Source of the DNA: Alloprevotella sp.
GTDB taxonomy: Bacteria > Bacteroidota > Bacteroidia > Bacteroidales > Bacteroidaceae
NCBI GenBank assembly: GCA_045630125.1
Contig: JAZQSL010000002.1
Span: 160,914-224,913, forward strand
Direction of reading: 5' to 3'
Length of the DNA: 64,000 nt
Below are positions 10,192 to 21,456 of this stretch, one piece after another. The position numbers and the translations under genes are program-made. Under the pieces are notes generated by a model, which saw only the letters and a program-made list of their open reading frames with translations, made no database searches and had not been told where the DNA came from. Each line of letters opens with the position of its first letter. The stretch's first letter is position 1.

Positions 10192-11481
10192 CTATTTTAT
10201 CGCCGCGTCTAAGGCTTGTTGGATATCTGCCAGGATATCGCGAACATCCTCGATACCTACTGATAAGCGGATCAAATCTGGTGCTACGCCAGCTTCGCGC
10301 AATTGCTCGTCTGAAAGTTGTCGGTGAGTGTGGCTGGCGGGATGTAGAACGCATGAACGAGCGTCTGCTACGTGAGTTACGATGCATACCAATTTCAGTT
10401 CGTCCATAAACTTGATAGCGTCTTCGCGTGTACCCTTCAAACCGAAGGCGATGACGCCGCAACCACCATTTGGCAAATACTTTTGACCTAATTCATAATA
10501 CTTGTTGCTGGGTAGACCTGCATAGTTGACCCATGCCACGCGCTTGTCACTTTCGAGGAATTCTGCGACGGCTTGTGCATTTTCGCAGTGACGCTTCATA
10601 CGCAAGTGCAGGGTTTCGAGGCCCATATTCAGGAGAAATGCATTCTCGGGGCTTTGGATGGAACCCAAATCGCGCATGAGTTGTGCTGTGGCTTTAGTAA
10701 TATATGCCATCTTGCCGAAAGATTCGGCGTAGGTCAGACCGTGATAACTTTCGTCGGGAGTGCAGAGACCGGGGAACTTGTCTGCGTGTGCCATCCAGTC
10801 GAAGTTTCCGCTGTCTACTATACATCCGCCCACGGCTGTAGCATGTCCGTCCATATACTTAGTAGTGGAGTGCGTCACAATGTCTGCTCCCCATTCAAAG
10901 GGTCTACAGTTGATCGGCGTCGCAAAGGTGTTGTCGACAATCAGGGGCACGCCGTGCTTGTGAGCCAACTGTGCGAAGCGTTCGATATCAAATACATTTC
11001 CGCCGGGGTTACTGATCGTTTCGCCGAAGAAGCACTTTGTGTTTGGGCGGAAATGCTTTTCTATTTCTTCGTCAGACAAGTCGGGATCGACAAAGGTACA
11101 TTCGATGCCCATCTTCTTCATTGTTACAGCGAAGAGGTTGAAAGTGCCGCCGTAGATAGTGCTTGATGAGATGAAGTGGTCGCCTGCTTCACAGATATTA
11201 AAGATAGCGTAAAATGATGCAGCTTGTCCGCTCGACGTGAGCATAGCTGCTATACCGCCTTCGAGTTCTGCTATCTTTGATGCTACGGCATCGTTGGTGG
11301 GATTCTGCAATCGTGTATAAAAATAGCCCGAGTCTTCCAAATCGAAAAGACGGGCCATTTGTTCACTATTGTCGTATTTGAATGTTGTGCTTTGATAGAT
11401 AGGCAACACGCGGGGTTCTCCCTTCTTGGGAGTCCATCCTGCTTGCACGCAGAGTGTGCCTGGGTGTTGTTTAGTTTTCAT
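10192..11481 (-). CDS. metY: O-acetylhomoserine aminocarboxypropyltransferase / sulfhydrylase
   Basis: [34 protein letters not shown] (PLP lysine), [10 protein letters not shown] and IRLSVGIE motifs. Confidence 0.9.
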   Translation of the reverse strand: MKTKQHPGTLCVQAGWTPKKGEPRVLPIYQSTTFKYDNSEQMARLFDLEDSGYFYTRLQNPTNDAVASKIAELEGGIAAMLTSSGQAASFYAIFNICEAGDHFISSSTIYGGTFNLFAVTMKKMGIECTFVDPDLSDEEIEKHFRPNTKCFFGETISNPGGNVFDIERFAQLAHKHGVPLIVDNTFATPINCRPFEWGADIVTHSTTKYMDGHATAVGGCIVDSGNFDWMAHADKFPGLCTPDESYHGLTYAESFGKMAYITKATAQLMRDLGSIQSPENAFLLNMGLETLHLRMKRHCENAQAVAEFLESDKRVAWVNYAGLPSNKYYELGQKYLPNGGCGVIAFGLKGTREDAIKFMDELKLVCIVTHVADARSCVLHPASHTHRQLSDEQLREAGVAPDLIRLSVGIEDVRDILADIQQALDAAIK

Positions 11482-11528
11482 AGTGAAGTTTGTTTTGTGT
11501 GGTTATCGCAGTGTGAACATTGTGTTGT

Positions 11529-12125
11529 TTATGTTCTATTCTTTTTCCATGTACTATAGGCTGCTGCCGTAGTTCGTTTATTTTGCGAGGTGTGTGCTGG
11601 GCGATGCGCTTTAGTGAGCGGAGCTTTGATTTTTGTAGAACTCTTTACGCCTTCACGTAGTTTCCATTCGGATACTTTATAATAGTCTCCTGAAAGGGGG
11701 TTGATGATTTTTAGTTCTGGCACGACTACTTTCTTTTGTGCTGCTTTTTTCTTAGATACGAAACCGATTTTTGTTGCTTCGACGCTGGCTACTCCTGATG
11801 AGATTATACCCAGTTCCTTAGCTGCGGCATAAGATAAGTCGACGATTCTGCCTTGGCAGAAGGGGCCGCGGTCATTTACTTTTACGATAACCTCTTTGCC
11901 ATTCTTTACATTGCGTACTTTGAGCAAAGTGCCAAAGGGGAGTGTACGGTGAGCGCAAGTCATACTATCGCGGTGGTAGATAGAACCATCGCTGGTGCGT
12001 CTGCCGTGAAATTTGTTGGCATAGTAAGATGCCTTTCCAGTTTGAATCTCTTGTCCGAATGCAATTGTGCTTGTCATGATGAATGACAGCGCGAGCAGTA
12101 GAAATTTGATTTTTCTGTTCATCAT
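11529..12125 (-). CDS. rlpA: Septal ring lytic transglycosylase RlpA family protein
   Basis: GKASYY, CAHRTLPFGT, VNDRGPF and IVDLSYAAA motifs. Confidence 0.92.
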   Translation of the reverse strand: MMNRKIKFLLLALSFIMTSTIAFGQEIQTGKASYYANKFHGRRTSDGSIYHRDSMTCAHRTLPFGTLLKVRNVKNGKEVIVKVNDRGPFCQGRIVDLSYAAAKELGIISSGVASVEATKIGFVSKKKAAQKKVVVPELKIINPLSGDYYKVSEWKLREGVKSSTKIKAPLTKAHRPAHTSQNKRTTAAAYSTWKKNRT

Positions 12126-12252
12126 TTGTTTTTTTTATAGGGTCAAGGCATCGACGAGAGAGACCAAAAAGGCTTTTCTCCGAGCCATCTCCTCCTTATA
12201 ATAATATATGGTGTCGGAGTGAAATGAGTCGACGCTTGTCCTAAATTCGCTG

Positions 12253-12260
12253 CAAAGTTA
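12253..12260 (-). promoter_or_regulatory. -7 box for rlpA-metY
   Basis: TAACTTTG on the minus strand. Confidence 0.6.
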
Positions 12261-12683
12261 CGATTTTTTTGTTACATGTCAAAGCTCTTTGCTCTAATTA
12301 TCACCACTTTAACATTATTATAGATTTTTTGAGGATAGGAAACGTGACGTTTTTTCTTGCCATTTTGTGTTGTGATAAAGGGGCTGTGACAAATTCGCTT
12401 GTGTGGCGTGGAGTTGGTATAAATGGGGCGTGTCGCTTGTGTGGCATGAGGTGGTGATTGCGTGTGGATGGCTCTGTGTGGCTTGGATGAGCGGTGAGTC
12501 GGGCAGATGGAATTTTAATATTTAAGTTTGTCGAAAATAGCGTTTGTTTTTTCGTGGAAACAAGGTGTGATCTGCTTTGTCAGGGGCGAGGTTTCGTGAT
12601 AAGATTTTGTCGTATTTTTTGAAATAGACTTTGCTAAAAAAATCCCATTTCATCGAAAAAAATCACTATGTTTTGCCCCCTTG

Positions 12684-12769
12684 AAAAAAAGTCTAACCTT
12701 TTTTAAAAAAGGTCTTGGTTTTTTTGAAAAAGGTTAAGGTTTTTTTTAACGAGACGTTGCAAAATTTTT
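12684..12769. repeat. 21-bp-module array, copy 3 (A-A-A-B)
   Basis: aaaaaaagtctaacctttttt / aaaaaaggtcttggttttttt / gaaaaaggttaaggtttttttt / aacgagacgttgcaaaattttt. Confidence 0.9.
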
Positions 12770-12880
12770 CGGAGATAAAAAACGCTATTCCGTTAGTCTC
12801 TGAAAGTGCAATTTTGAGAGAATCAAATTGGTGTGATACAATCCCTTTGTTTTCCTTTGGAAAAGTTCGAAAAAAATTAT

Positions 12881-12888
12881 TAACTTTG
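12881..12888 (+). promoter_or_regulatory. -7 box for the GNAT-parE operon
   Basis: TAACTTTG 43 bp before the ATG. Confidence 0.7.
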
Positions 12889-12931
12889 CGCAGTTTGTAT
12901 ATTAGCATCACCCTGAAAAACTGAAGATAAA

Positions 12932-14065
12932 ATGTCTGTGGTAATTAAAAAAGTCTCTACGAAGTCTGATTTGAAAAAATTCATTCGTTTCAACTACGAA
13001 TTTTATAAAGACAACCCCTACGCCGTGCCCGATTTGTATATGGATATGGTTGATACTTTTTCGCGTGAGAAAAATGCTGCTTTCGAATTTTGCGAAGCAG
13101 ATTATTTCTTGGCTTATCGTGATGGGAAAATCGTGGGACGTGTGGCAGCCATTATCAACCATCGTGCCAATGAGACTTGGCAACGTCAAGTAGTGCGCTT
13201 CGGCTGGATCGACTTTGTCGACGATGCCGAGGTCAGCGATGCTTTGATTGATACAGTGAAAGCTTGGGGGCGTGAACGTGGTATGAAGGAAATCGAGGGA
13301 CCATTAGGCTTCACAGACATGGATGCTGAGGGTATGCTCATCGAGGGCTTTGATCAACTCTCGACCATGGCGACTATTTACAACTATCCCTACTATCCCG
13401 TGCACATGGAACGTATGGGCTTTGAAAAATCCGCCGACTGGGTGGAAATGAAAATCTATATCCCCGACGCAATTCCTGAGAAACATAAGCGCATATCAGA
13501 TATCATACAGCGCAAATACAACTTGCGTGTGCGTAAGTTGACTAATAAAAAAGATGTGATCAAGAGTGGAGTCGCGCATGAAATATTCCGTCTGATTAAC
13601 GATGCGTATGCGCCGCTCTTTGGCTTCTCGCGAATGACCGAGGCGCAGATCGATCAGTATGTCAACGTATATATTCCCGTGCTGGATCTACGCATGGTGA
13701 CACTTGTTGAGACCGAAGAGGGCGAAATCGTAGCCGTGGGTATCTCGATGCCTTCGCTTTCTGAAGCTTTGCAAAAGGCAAAAGGAAAATTCTTCCCCTT
13801 CGGATGGTATCATCTCTTGAAGGCTTTGAAGTGGAATAGACCCAAAGTGCTCGACCTCCTGCTCGTGGCAGTGCGTCCCGACTATCAAAGCAAGGGTGTG
13901 AATGCTTTGCTCTTCACAGATTTGATCCCTATCTACCAGGAAATGGGCTTCGAATACGCAGAGTCTAATCCAGAATTGGAAGACAATGGTCGTGTGCAAA
14001 ATCAATGGCAATATTTCAAGACAGAACAACACAAGCGCCGCCGTTGCTTTAAGCAAAATTTATAA
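12932..14065 (+). CDS. GNAT-fold N-acetyltransferase (YghO-like, conserved in Bacteroidales)
   Basis: VGRVAAIINHRAN, YNYPYY, AVRPDYQSKGVNA and ESNPELEDN motifs. Confidence 0.8.
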   Translation: MSVVIKKVSTKSDLKKFIRFNYEFYKDNPYAVPDLYMDMVDTFSREKNAAFEFCEADYFLAYRDGKIVGRVAAIINHRANETWQRQVVRFGWIDFVDDAEVSDALIDTVKAWGRERGMKEIEGPLGFTDMDAEGMLIEGFDQLSTMATIYNYPYYPVHMERMGFEKSADWVEMKIYIPDAIPEKHKRISDIIQRKYNLRVRKLTNKKDVIKSGVAHEIFRLINDAYAPLFGFSRMTEAQIDQYVNVYIPVLDLRMVTLVETEEGEIVAVGISMPSLSEALQKAKGKFFPFGWYHLLKALKWNRPKVLDLLLVAVRPDYQSKGVNALLFTDLIPIYQEMGFEYAESNPELEDNGRVQNQWQYFKTEQHKRRRCFKQNL

Positions 14066-14095
14066 TCCCGAAACGAATAAGACACAATCATACGC

Positions 14096-16192
14096 ATGGC
14101 AAAAAAAGATGCACTCAGTTCGAACGCTTCATCAATACTTGAAAGCGCCGAAGCAGATGTAGAATTGCAGGATGTAAGTGGCACAGCTACCTATACCGAG
14201 GATAATATCCGCACGCTCGAGGGTGTGGAGCACATCCGTAGACGTCCGGGTATGTATATCGGACGCTTGGGCGATGGCTCGCACGCCGAAGATGGTATCT
14301 ATGTATTGCTGAAGGAAACAATCGACAACAGTATCGACGAATTCAACGAAGGATTTGGTAAGAAGATTGAAGTAAACATCATAGACGACAGAAACGCAGA
14401 AATACGCGACTACGGCCGTGGTATTCCCTTGGGCAAATTGGTCGATGCCGTTTCAAAATTGAATACAGGTGGTAAGTATGACACAGCAGTATTCACCGCT
14501 TCGGTCGGTATGAACGGTGTGGGTCTGAAAGCCGTCAATGCGTTGAGCCGAAAGTTTGTGGCGCGCAGTTATCGCGACGGCTTGATGCGCGAAGCCATCT
14601 TTGATTGCGGAAAACTCGTTTCGGAAACTGAACAACCCACCGAAGAAGAAAACGGAACTTACATCTATTTCGAACCAGACAAAGACCTTTTCCTCGACTT
14701 CAAGTTCCAGAGCGAATTTGTCAACAATATGTTGCGCAACTATACGTATCTGAACACAGGATTGGCTATCTTCTACAACGGACGTCGTATCATCAGCCGA
14801 AACGGTCTTGAGGATTTGCTCAACGATTCTATGACGGCGCCAGGACTTTACCCTATCGTGCATCTCAAAGGCGACGGCATAGATATCGCCTTTACCCACA
14901 CTTCACAATACGGCGAGGAATACTATTCTTTCGTTAACGGCCAGCACACCACCCAAGGCGGTACGCACCAAAGTGCTTTCAAGGAGCACATTGCCCGTAC
15001 TATCAAAGAATATTTTGGTAAGAATTTTGATGTACAAGACGTTCGCAATGGTCTTGTAGCAGCTATTGCAATTCGTGTGATAGAGCCGCTGTTCGAGAGC
15101 CAAACGAAAATCAAACTGGGGTCTTTGGTGATGGCTCCAGACAAAGATATGCACGGCAATCCCTTCCCACTTTCGGGCGTCTCGGTCAATAAGTTTGTGG
15201 GCGATTTCATTAAGAGTAACGTCGACAACTACCTGCACATGAATCTGGACGTTGCGGAAATTTTGCAACAAAAGATTCAGGAAAGCGAAAAGGAAAGAAA
15301 AGCTATCGCAGGTGTGACAAAGTTGGCACGCGAACGTGCTAAGAAAGCAAATCTCCATAATAGAAAATTGTGCGACTGCCGAGTTCACCTAAACGATGCG
15401 CCGCCTAAGACAAAGAAGGGTCAGGAAGAAGACAACGACCTTAGATTTGATTCGTCAATCTTCATTACCGAGGGGGACTCTGCTTCGGGTTCTATCACCA
15501 AGAGTCGTGATGTGAACACACAAGCCGTATTCTCCTTGCGCGGAAAGCCTTTGAATTGTTTCGGATTGACCAAGAAAGTGGTTTACGAGAACGAGGAGTT
15601 CAACCTGCTCCAAGCTGCGCTGAATATAGAAGACGGTCTTGATGGATTGCGCTACAACAAAGTCATCGTAGCAACCGATGCCGATGTCGACGGTATGCAC
15701 ATTCGTTTGTTGATGATTACGTTTTTTTTGCAATTCTTCCCGGATTTGATCAAGAAAGGCCACGTCTATATCCTGCAAACTCCCTTGTTCCGCGTACGAA
15801 ATAAGAAGAAAAAGGAACGCAAGCAGGCTTCGGCGGCAACATCCGACACTGCAAGTGCAGCAGGCGAGGCTATTTTGAAAAAGACCCGCACCAGCGACCG
15901 CTCAGAGTTTGAAACCATCTACTGTTATAGCGAAGAAGAACGCATTGCAGCGATAGAAAAATTGCAACCTAATCCAGAAATCACACGATTCAAAGGTTTG
16001 GGTGAAATCTCTCCTGACGAATTCCGCCACTTCATTGGTCCTGAAATACGATTGGAGCAAGTGACGCTACACAAGAGCGACCAGGTGAAAGAACTCCTGG
16101 AATACTACATGGGCAAGAATACCATGGAGCGCCAAAACTTCATCATCGACAATCTCGTCGTTGAAGAAGACCCCGTCGACGAGGAAGAATAA
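14096..16192 (+). CDS. parE: DNA topoisomerase IV subunit B
   Basis: [50 protein letters not shown] and RFKGLGE motifs; adjacent to coaD. Confidence 0.93.
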   Translation: MAKKDALSSNASSILESAEADVELQDVSGTATYTEDNIRTLEGVEHIRRRPGMYIGRLGDGSHAEDGIYVLLKETIDNSIDEFNEGFGKKIEVNIIDDRNAEIRDYGRGIPLGKLVDAVSKLNTGGKYDTAVFTASVGMNGVGLKAVNALSRKFVARSYRDGLMREAIFDCGKLVSETEQPTEEENGTYIYFEPDKDLFLDFKFQSEFVNNMLRNYTYLNTGLAIFYNGRRIISRNGLEDLLNDSMTAPGLYPIVHLKGDGIDIAFTHTSQYGEEYYSFVNGQHTTQGGTHQSAFKEHIARTIKEYFGKNFDVQDVRNGLVAAIAIRVIEPLFESQTKIKLGSLVMAPDKDMHGNPFPLSGVSVNKFVGDFIKSNVDNYLHMNLDVAEILQQKIQESEKERKAIAGVTKLARERAKKANLHNRKLCDCRVHLNDAPPKTKKGQEEDNDLRFDSSIFITEGDSASGSITKSRDVNTQAVFSLRGKPLNCFGLTKKVVYENEEFNLLQAALNIEDGLDGLRYNKVIVATDADVDGMHIRLLMITFFLQFFPDLIKKGHVYILQTPLFRVRNKKKKERKQASAATSDTASAAGEAILKKTRTSDRSEFETIYCYSEEERIAAIEKLQPNPEITRFKGLGEISPDEFRHFIGPEIRLEQVTLHKSDQVKELLEYYMGKNTMERQNFIIDNLVVEEDPVDEEE

Positions 16193-16332
16193 ATTCCTAC
16201 CGTCGCACATTTTCTCCGTGGTCTTGGTTTCTCAGCAGAGAGTCGGATGTATGCGCAAGATGATGCCGAAAAAGTGCGATGAATAGGCGCAAAAATGTAA
16301 TAATTGAATTGAAACGCAAAAAAAAAGTCTTG

Positions 16333-16794
16333 ATGGAAAGAATCGCCATCTTCCCTGGATCGTTTGATCCCTTTACTATTGGTCACGCCAGTATTGTGGA
16401 GCGCGGTCTGCCCCTTTTCGACAAAATTGTCATCGGCGTAGGTATCAACGAAAGTAAACGTTCGTTGTACTCAGTAGCTGAGCGCGTCGAGGCGATACGT
16501 CGTCTTTATGTTGACGAACCTCGTATCCGCGTAGTAAGTTATAATGATTTGACGATAGACCTTGCTCGTCGCGAAAATGCCCGTTTTATCCTGCGTGGTT
16601 TGCGTTCGGTCAAGGACTTCGAGTACGAACGTGATATTGCCAATATGAACGAACGTTTGTCGGGTATCGAGACTGTTTTGCTTTTCACCGAGCCTCATTA
16701 CTCCAGTATCTCATCTTCGGTGGTGCGCGAGTTGATTGCCTTTGGAAAAGACGTCGAGGAGTTTTTGCCACATCCTAAGAAAGTGGAAGAATAA
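16333..16794 (+). CDS. coaD: Pantetheine-phosphate adenylyltransferase
   Basis: AIFPGSFDPFTIGH, RGLR, DFEYE and ISSSVVRE motifs; likely start is the ATG at 16333. Confidence 0.97.
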   Translation: MERIAIFPGSFDPFTIGHASIVERGLPLFDKIVIGVGINESKRSLYSVAERVEAIRRLYVDEPRIRVVSYNDLTIDLARRENARFILRGLRSVKDFEYERDIANMNERLSGIETVLLFTEPHYSSISSSVVRELIAFGKDVEEFLPHPKKVEE

Positions 16795-16861
16795 GTAATG
16801 TTGCAGGAAAAAGGTGTAGTGTCGTAATGCCTATGCCTACCTATATATAATATATGTCTGT

Positions 16862-18457
16862 ATGAAAAAGAATTTGATGAATAGAATTTTTTTATCCCTC
16901 TTGCTTGTGTTGCCGTTTGTGTCGGCAGATGCGCAAATGAGGTTTGATGATAAAATCGTAGAGCAAGTTCGCAAGTTGCAAACGGCGCAATTGGCGATAT
17001 CCAACCTCTATGTAGACAGTGTAGACTACGAGAAAGTGACAGAAGACGCTATCCGTGGCATGCTGAAGGAGTTGGATCCGCACTCTTCCTATACCAATGC
17101 GGCAGAGACCAAGAAGATGACCGAACCTCTGGAAGGCAATTTCGAAGGCATCGGTGTGCAGTTCAATATGCTCAACGATACCTTGATCGTCATCCAACCC
17201 ACACCAAAAGGACCCAGCGAGAAAGTTGGAATTATCGCCGGCGACAGGATCGTAACCGTTGACGGCGAACCAATTGCCGGCGTCAAGATGGAACGTGACA
17301 GTATCATGCGCAAATTGCGTGGTCCAAAGGACTCAAAAGTCAAACTAGGCGTAGTGCGCAACGGCGTCAAGGATAAGCTATACTTCACTGTGGTGCGCGA
17401 TGTCATACCCGTGCACACCGTCAACGCCGCCTTTATCCTCCGCCCCGGCGTGGGATATATCCAATTGGATAGATTCGGTGCCACTACTGGTAAGGAAGTG
17501 AAAGAGGCTATCAAGAAGTTGAAAAAAGAAGGTATGCAGAGCCTAATCCTCGACTTGCAGAACAATGGCGGAGGCTACTTGATAGCAGCCGTCGATATCT
17601 TGTCCGAATTTCTCCCCGCCCGCTCCGAAGTGGTTTATACCGAGGGGTTGCAATCTCCCCGCCAAAGCCTTCGCACCAATATGAGCGGTGAATTTCGCGA
17701 CGGCCAGGTGGTCGTACTCGTTAATGAATACAGCGCATCCGCTTCCGAAATCGTCAGTGGTGGTATGCAGGACTACGACCGCGGTCTGATCGTGGGCCGA
17801 CGTACTTTCGGCAAGGGATTAGTGCAACGCCCCATCGATTTGCCCGACGGCTCGATGATACGCCTCACCGTGGCGCACTATTATACTCCCTCGGGCCGTT
17901 GCATCCAGAAGCCCTACGTCAAGGGACAAAAGGAAGAGTACGACCGTGATGTGCTGAATCGCTTGAATCACGGCGAATTGATGCACGTAGATAGTATCAA
18001 ATTGGACAGCACCAAGGCCTACAAGACATTGGTCAAGGGACGCACCGTATATGGAGGGGGCGGTATCATGCCAGACGTATTTGTGCCGCTTGATACGACT
18101 CGTTATGCCGATTGTTTCTCTAAGATCAACCGCAACAATATCATTATCCCTGCTGTGTTGAAGTATGTGGATAAGCATCGCAAGAGTTTGCTGAAGAAAT
18201 ACAAGAAATTCGACGACTACTTAGTAAAATTTGTGGCGCCCGATGAATTGTTGCAAGCGATAATGGACGAGGCGAAGGAGAAAAAGATCAAACCCAAGGA
18301 TGAAGCAGAGCGTGCAAAGACAATTGCCAATCTGCAGGAAACGCTGAAATGTCAAATCGCCAATAATTTGTGGGACTTGAACGAACTCTATCGCGTTTAT
18401 TGCGAGACAGACCCTATTGTGCAATGTGCACTACGGGAGCTACTAAAGAATGAATGA
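16862..18457 (+). CDS. S41 family carboxyl-terminal protease
   Basis: LDPHS, PDZ domain, DLQNNGGG, SASASEI and TFGKGLVQ motifs. Confidence 0.93.
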   Translation: MKKNLMNRIFLSLLLVLPFVSADAQMRFDDKIVEQVRKLQTAQLAISNLYVDSVDYEKVTEDAIRGMLKELDPHSSYTNAAETKKMTEPLEGNFEGIGVQFNMLNDTLIVIQPTPKGPSEKVGIIAGDRIVTVDGEPIAGVKMERDSIMRKLRGPKDSKVKLGVVRNGVKDKLYFTVVRDVIPVHTVNAAFILRPGVGYIQLDRFGATTGKEVKEAIKKLKKEGMQSLILDLQNNGGGYLIAAVDILSEFLPARSEVVYTEGLQSPRQSLRTNMSGEFRDGQVVVLVNEYSASASEIVSGGMQDYDRGLIVGRRTFGKGLVQRPIDLPDGSMIRLTVAHYYTPSGRCIQKPYVKGQKEEYDRDVLNRLNHGELMHVDSIKLDSTKAYKTLVKGRTVYGGGGIMPDVFVPLDTTRYADCFSKINRNNIIIPAVLKYVDKHRKSLLKKYKKFDDYLVKFVAPDELLQAIMDEAKEKKIKPKDEAERAKTIANLQETLKCQIANNLWDLNELYRVYCETDPIVQCALRELLKNE

Positions 18458-18581
18458 TAGACGGAATGAAAAGTAGGTGTATTCCGCATGAGATAGAGAA
18501 AAATGTCGGTTTCATCGGGAAAAACATACTCTATCTATGGCACAATATCTATCATAATCAATAAGGGATAAGCGGAAAGCA

Positions 18582-19661
18582 ATGCATCATCATCTTCCCC
18601 CCATTACTGCGCAAGAAGCCGCACTGTGTCGTCGCCTGAAATCGGTGGTGGCACAGTGCGGTTTTGTGTCGCTAGGTGTAGCCGGCGCCGAACCCCTTGC
18701 CCCCTGGCGCAGCGAACAGTTTGCTCAATGGTTGCGTAGGGGGCAGGCAGCAGGGATGGAATATTTGCACCGTCAGGCACCCTTGCGCCAGGATCTGACC
18801 GCCGTGTTGCCAGAAGTACAAACCGTGTTTTCCTTAGCTTTGCCATATGTCGCCGAGCAACCTTTTGGCGATGGAGATCTCAGAATTTCTCGCTATGCCC
18901 TTGGTCGCGATTATCACGAGGTGGTACGCGAAAGACTGCGTCAGTTTGTCGCGTTGCTCGACCTGCCCGATTCGCAACAAGGTAGGGTGTGTTGCGACAC
19001 TGCCCCAGTGGACGAACGCTATTGGGCTTGGCGCTGTGGCGTGGGGCAGTGGCTAGACAATGCACAGATAGCCGTCGAAGGCTATGGCACGTTTGTCTTT
19101 TTGGGCGAGTGGTTGTGTCCGCTCACTATCGACCAATTGATGGCGCACCTAGATACGATTTTCTCCGATGAAATGGACGAAAATGCAGTAGATGCGACGA
19201 CAAAAGGCAACGCCCCCACCATTTCGTCGTGCCTATCCTGTGGTCGGTGTCAGCGTGCCTGTCCCGGTGGCGCACTGACGGCGCATGGACTGGATGCCAG
19301 CAAATGTCTGTCCTATTTGACCATAGAGCATCGCGGAGACCTGCCTGCGAGTGTGTCACAGCAGATGGGTCAGCGCATTTATGGCTGTGATACTTGTGCT
19401 GAGGTCTGTCCTGTGAATCGCCCCATATTATTTGCAGAAGATATGCCGCCGATAGCCGTGTGCGAGGACTTTTTGCCATCGAACGAACTCCTGTCGATGC
19501 GCCCCGATGACTGGGTAAACCTCACCGTGGATCAATATCGCCGATTGTTCAAGGGGTCTGCGGTGAAGCGGGCAAAATACGAGGGGCTGATGCGCAATAT
19601 TCGTGCCGCGTGTGACTGCAAGAATATGAACGAGGCTAATGCGGGGAGTCGGGCCGAATGA
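18582..19661 (+). CDS. queG: tRNA epoxyqueuosine(34) reductase
   Basis: SRYALGRDYH, DTAPVDER, CxxCxxCxxxCP, CLSYLTIEH and YGCDTCAEVCP motifs. Confidence 0.9.
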   Translation: MHHHLPPITAQEAALCRRLKSVVAQCGFVSLGVAGAEPLAPWRSEQFAQWLRRGQAAGMEYLHRQAPLRQDLTAVLPEVQTVFSLALPYVAEQPFGDGDLRISRYALGRDYHEVVRERLRQFVALLDLPDSQQGRVCCDTAPVDERYWAWRCGVGQWLDNAQIAVEGYGTFVFLGEWLCPLTIDQLMAHLDTIFSDEMDENAVDATTKGNAPTISSCLSCGRCQRACPGGALTAHGLDASKCLSYLTIEHRGDLPASVSQQMGQRIYGCDTCAEVCPVNRPILFAEDMPPIAVCEDFLPSNELLSMRPDDWVNLTVDQYRRLFKGSAVKRAKYEGLMRNIRAACDCKNMNEANAGSRAE

Positions 19662-19752
19662 TTTCCCGACAAATAGCCCCAAGAAATGCCACTTCCCCCG
19701 TATGATAAAATCGCCAAAACTTGTGCTGTGAAATGCGACAAATTATGTGGTG

Positions 19753-19838
19753 AAAAAAAAGTCTTACCTTTTTCAAAAAAGGTCAAGGTTTTTTTAAAAA
19801 AGGTAAGGGTTTTTTTGAAAAAGGTTAAGGTTTTTTTT
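19753..19838. repeat. 21-bp-module array, copy 4 (A-A-A-A)
   Basis: Module cores gtcttacc, ggtcaagg, ggtaaggg and ggttaagg, each between an A-run and a T-run, at a 21-22 bp period. Confidence 0.9.
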
Positions 19839-20025
19839 GCCCCCTTTTTTGCCCTCAGTTTCAGACTAGATGTAGTGCTCCGTTTTGGGTACTTTTTTTG
19901 TAGCAGATCTTTCCTCTTTTTCACTATGTGAAACCAATGAATTCAGCATTCTTGTATTCTCTGTGCACAAACTTACCCCAATCTCCGTTTGTTTTCATTT
20001 CTTTGTTGTATCTTTGCAATACGAT

Positions 20026-21075
20026 ATGCACGACGATACATTTGACATCCGATCCGAGCAACATGCTCCCGCCTCCACCGAGAGGGATTTTGAAAACGCA
20101 TTGCGCCCCCTTGCTTTCGACGACTTCAGTGGACAAAGCAAGGTGGTCGAGAATCTGCGTATCTTTGTCGAAGCGGCAAAGTTTCGCGGCGAGCCCCTGG
20201 ATCATACCTTGCTTCACGGCCCTCCGGGTTTGGGTAAAACGACCTTGTCCAATATCATCGCCAACGAATTGGGCGTAGGTTTCAAGGTGACCTCGGGTCC
20301 CGTACTCGATAAGCCAGGCGATCTGGCCGGACTCCTGACCAGTCTCGAAGCCAATGATGTGCTCTTCATCGACGAGATTCACCGCCTCTCGCCTGTGGTC
20401 GAGGAATATCTCTACTCAGCGATGGAAGACTATCGCATCGATATCATGATAGATAAAGGTCCTGCGGCGCGAAGCATTCAGATCGACCTGAATCCCTTTA
20501 CCCTGGTCGGCGCTACGACTCGCAGCGGTTTGCTCACGGCTCCCCTGCGCGCTCGCTTTGGTATCAACCTGCACCTGGAATACTATGACGTATCGACGCT
20601 GACTACGATAATCGAGCGTTCGGCATACCTGCTCGGCGTGCCCATAGATCCCAGCGCTGCGGTAGAAATCGCAGGTCGTTCGCGTGGTACACCCCGTATC
20701 GCCAATGCCTTGTTGCGTCGCGTCAGAGACTTTGCACAAGTCAAGGGCAACGGACGTATCGACACCGAGATAGCACGCTTTGCGCTCGAAGCCCTGAATA
20801 TTGACCGCTATGGTTTGGATGAAATCGACAACAAGATATTGCTCACTATAATTGATAAGTTCAAGGGCGGCCCAGTGGGACTCACCACTATCGCCACGGC
20901 GATAGGCGAAGACCCGGGTACACTCGAAGAAGTCTACGAACCCTTCTTGATTAAGGAAGGTTTCATCCGTCGCACACCCCGCGGACGCGAGGTGACCGAA
21001 CAAGCCTTTACACACCTCGGTCGCAGTCCTTATACAGGCATGGCCTTTGATCCTAAACAACCCACCTTGTTCTGA
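20026..21075 (+). CDS. ruvB: Holliday junction branch migration helicase RuvB
   Basis: [19 protein letters not shown] and SRGTPR motifs; likely start is the ATG at 20026 just after TATCTTTG at 20009-20016. Confidence 0.97.
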   Translation: MHDDTFDIRSEQHAPASTERDFENALRPLAFDDFSGQSKVVENLRIFVEAAKFRGEPLDHTLLHGPPGLGKTTLSNIIANELGVGFKVTSGPVLDKPGDLAGLLTSLEANDVLFIDEIHRLSPVVEEYLYSAMEDYRIDIMIDKGPAARSIQIDLNPFTLVGATTRSGLLTAPLRARFGINLHLEYYDVSTLTTIIERSAYLLGVPIDPSAAVEIAGRSRGTPRIANALLRRVRDFAQVKGNGRIDTEIARFALEALNIDRYGLDEIDNKILLTIIDKFKGGPVGLTTIATAIGEDPGTLEEVYEPFLIKEGFIRRTPRGREVTEQAFTHLGRSPYTGMAFDPKQPTLF

Positions 21076-21078
21076 TTT

Positions 21079-21435
21079 ATGAAAAGAATACTTGCTGCGC
21101 TATTGACCCTATACCTGCTGACGGGATGCTCGTCTACGGTGCATCAGACGCTTCGCATGGAGCGTCAGGAAACGTATGCGATCTCGGGCAAGATGCATGC
21201 TTCGGTCGGTACAATGTTTCATTTGGAATACGACGAGACCGCGTTTGACCGTCAGCGCGACTTGAAATACCTGCATCCCAAGAATATGGAAAAAGGTATG
21301 GTCGGCGCCGACGCAGTCAATATGACCTATACACTCTCTCCTAAGAAAAAGGGCAAACATGTGGTGTACGAGGTGCATTCCTTCAGAGGAAAGGAACAAA
21401 AGCGCGTGAAGCACGTGATACGAGTAAAGAAATAA
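21079..21435 (+). CDS. Small lipoprotein, possibly with a chagasin (I42)-like fold
   Basis: Lipobox LLTGC; GMVGADA loop; beta-rich sequence pattern. Confidence 0.55.
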   Translation: MKRILAALLTLYLLTGCSSTVHQTLRMERQETYAISGKMHASVGTMFHLEYDETAFDRQRDLKYLHPKNMEKGMVGADAVNMTYTLSPKKKGKHVVYEVHSFRGKEQKRVKHVIRVKK

Positions 21436-21456
21436 CCTCTAAATTCTGATAAATAT

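Noticed and set aside
11482-11528. SAM riboswitch upstream of metY
   Set aside because: Only 47 bp separate it from rlpA, and no aptamer motif was recognised.
14096-16192. Charged insertions in ParE as inteins
   Set aside because: They are too short, low-complexity, and lack Cys/His-Asn splice motifs.
16215-16332. Isolated A-module-like fragments (ggtcttggttt, aaaaaaaagtctt; also aaaaggtctttt near 57777)
   Set aside because: They are single partial matches without the 21-bp period and were not counted as copies.
19532-19931. ORFs with KKTLTFF / FLKKVKV heptad repeats (also 12693-12924, 2197-2385 and 55192-55425)
   Set aside because: They are translations of the 21-bp DNA arrays. Mixed 21/22-bp modules break the frame between copies and there is no consistent start.
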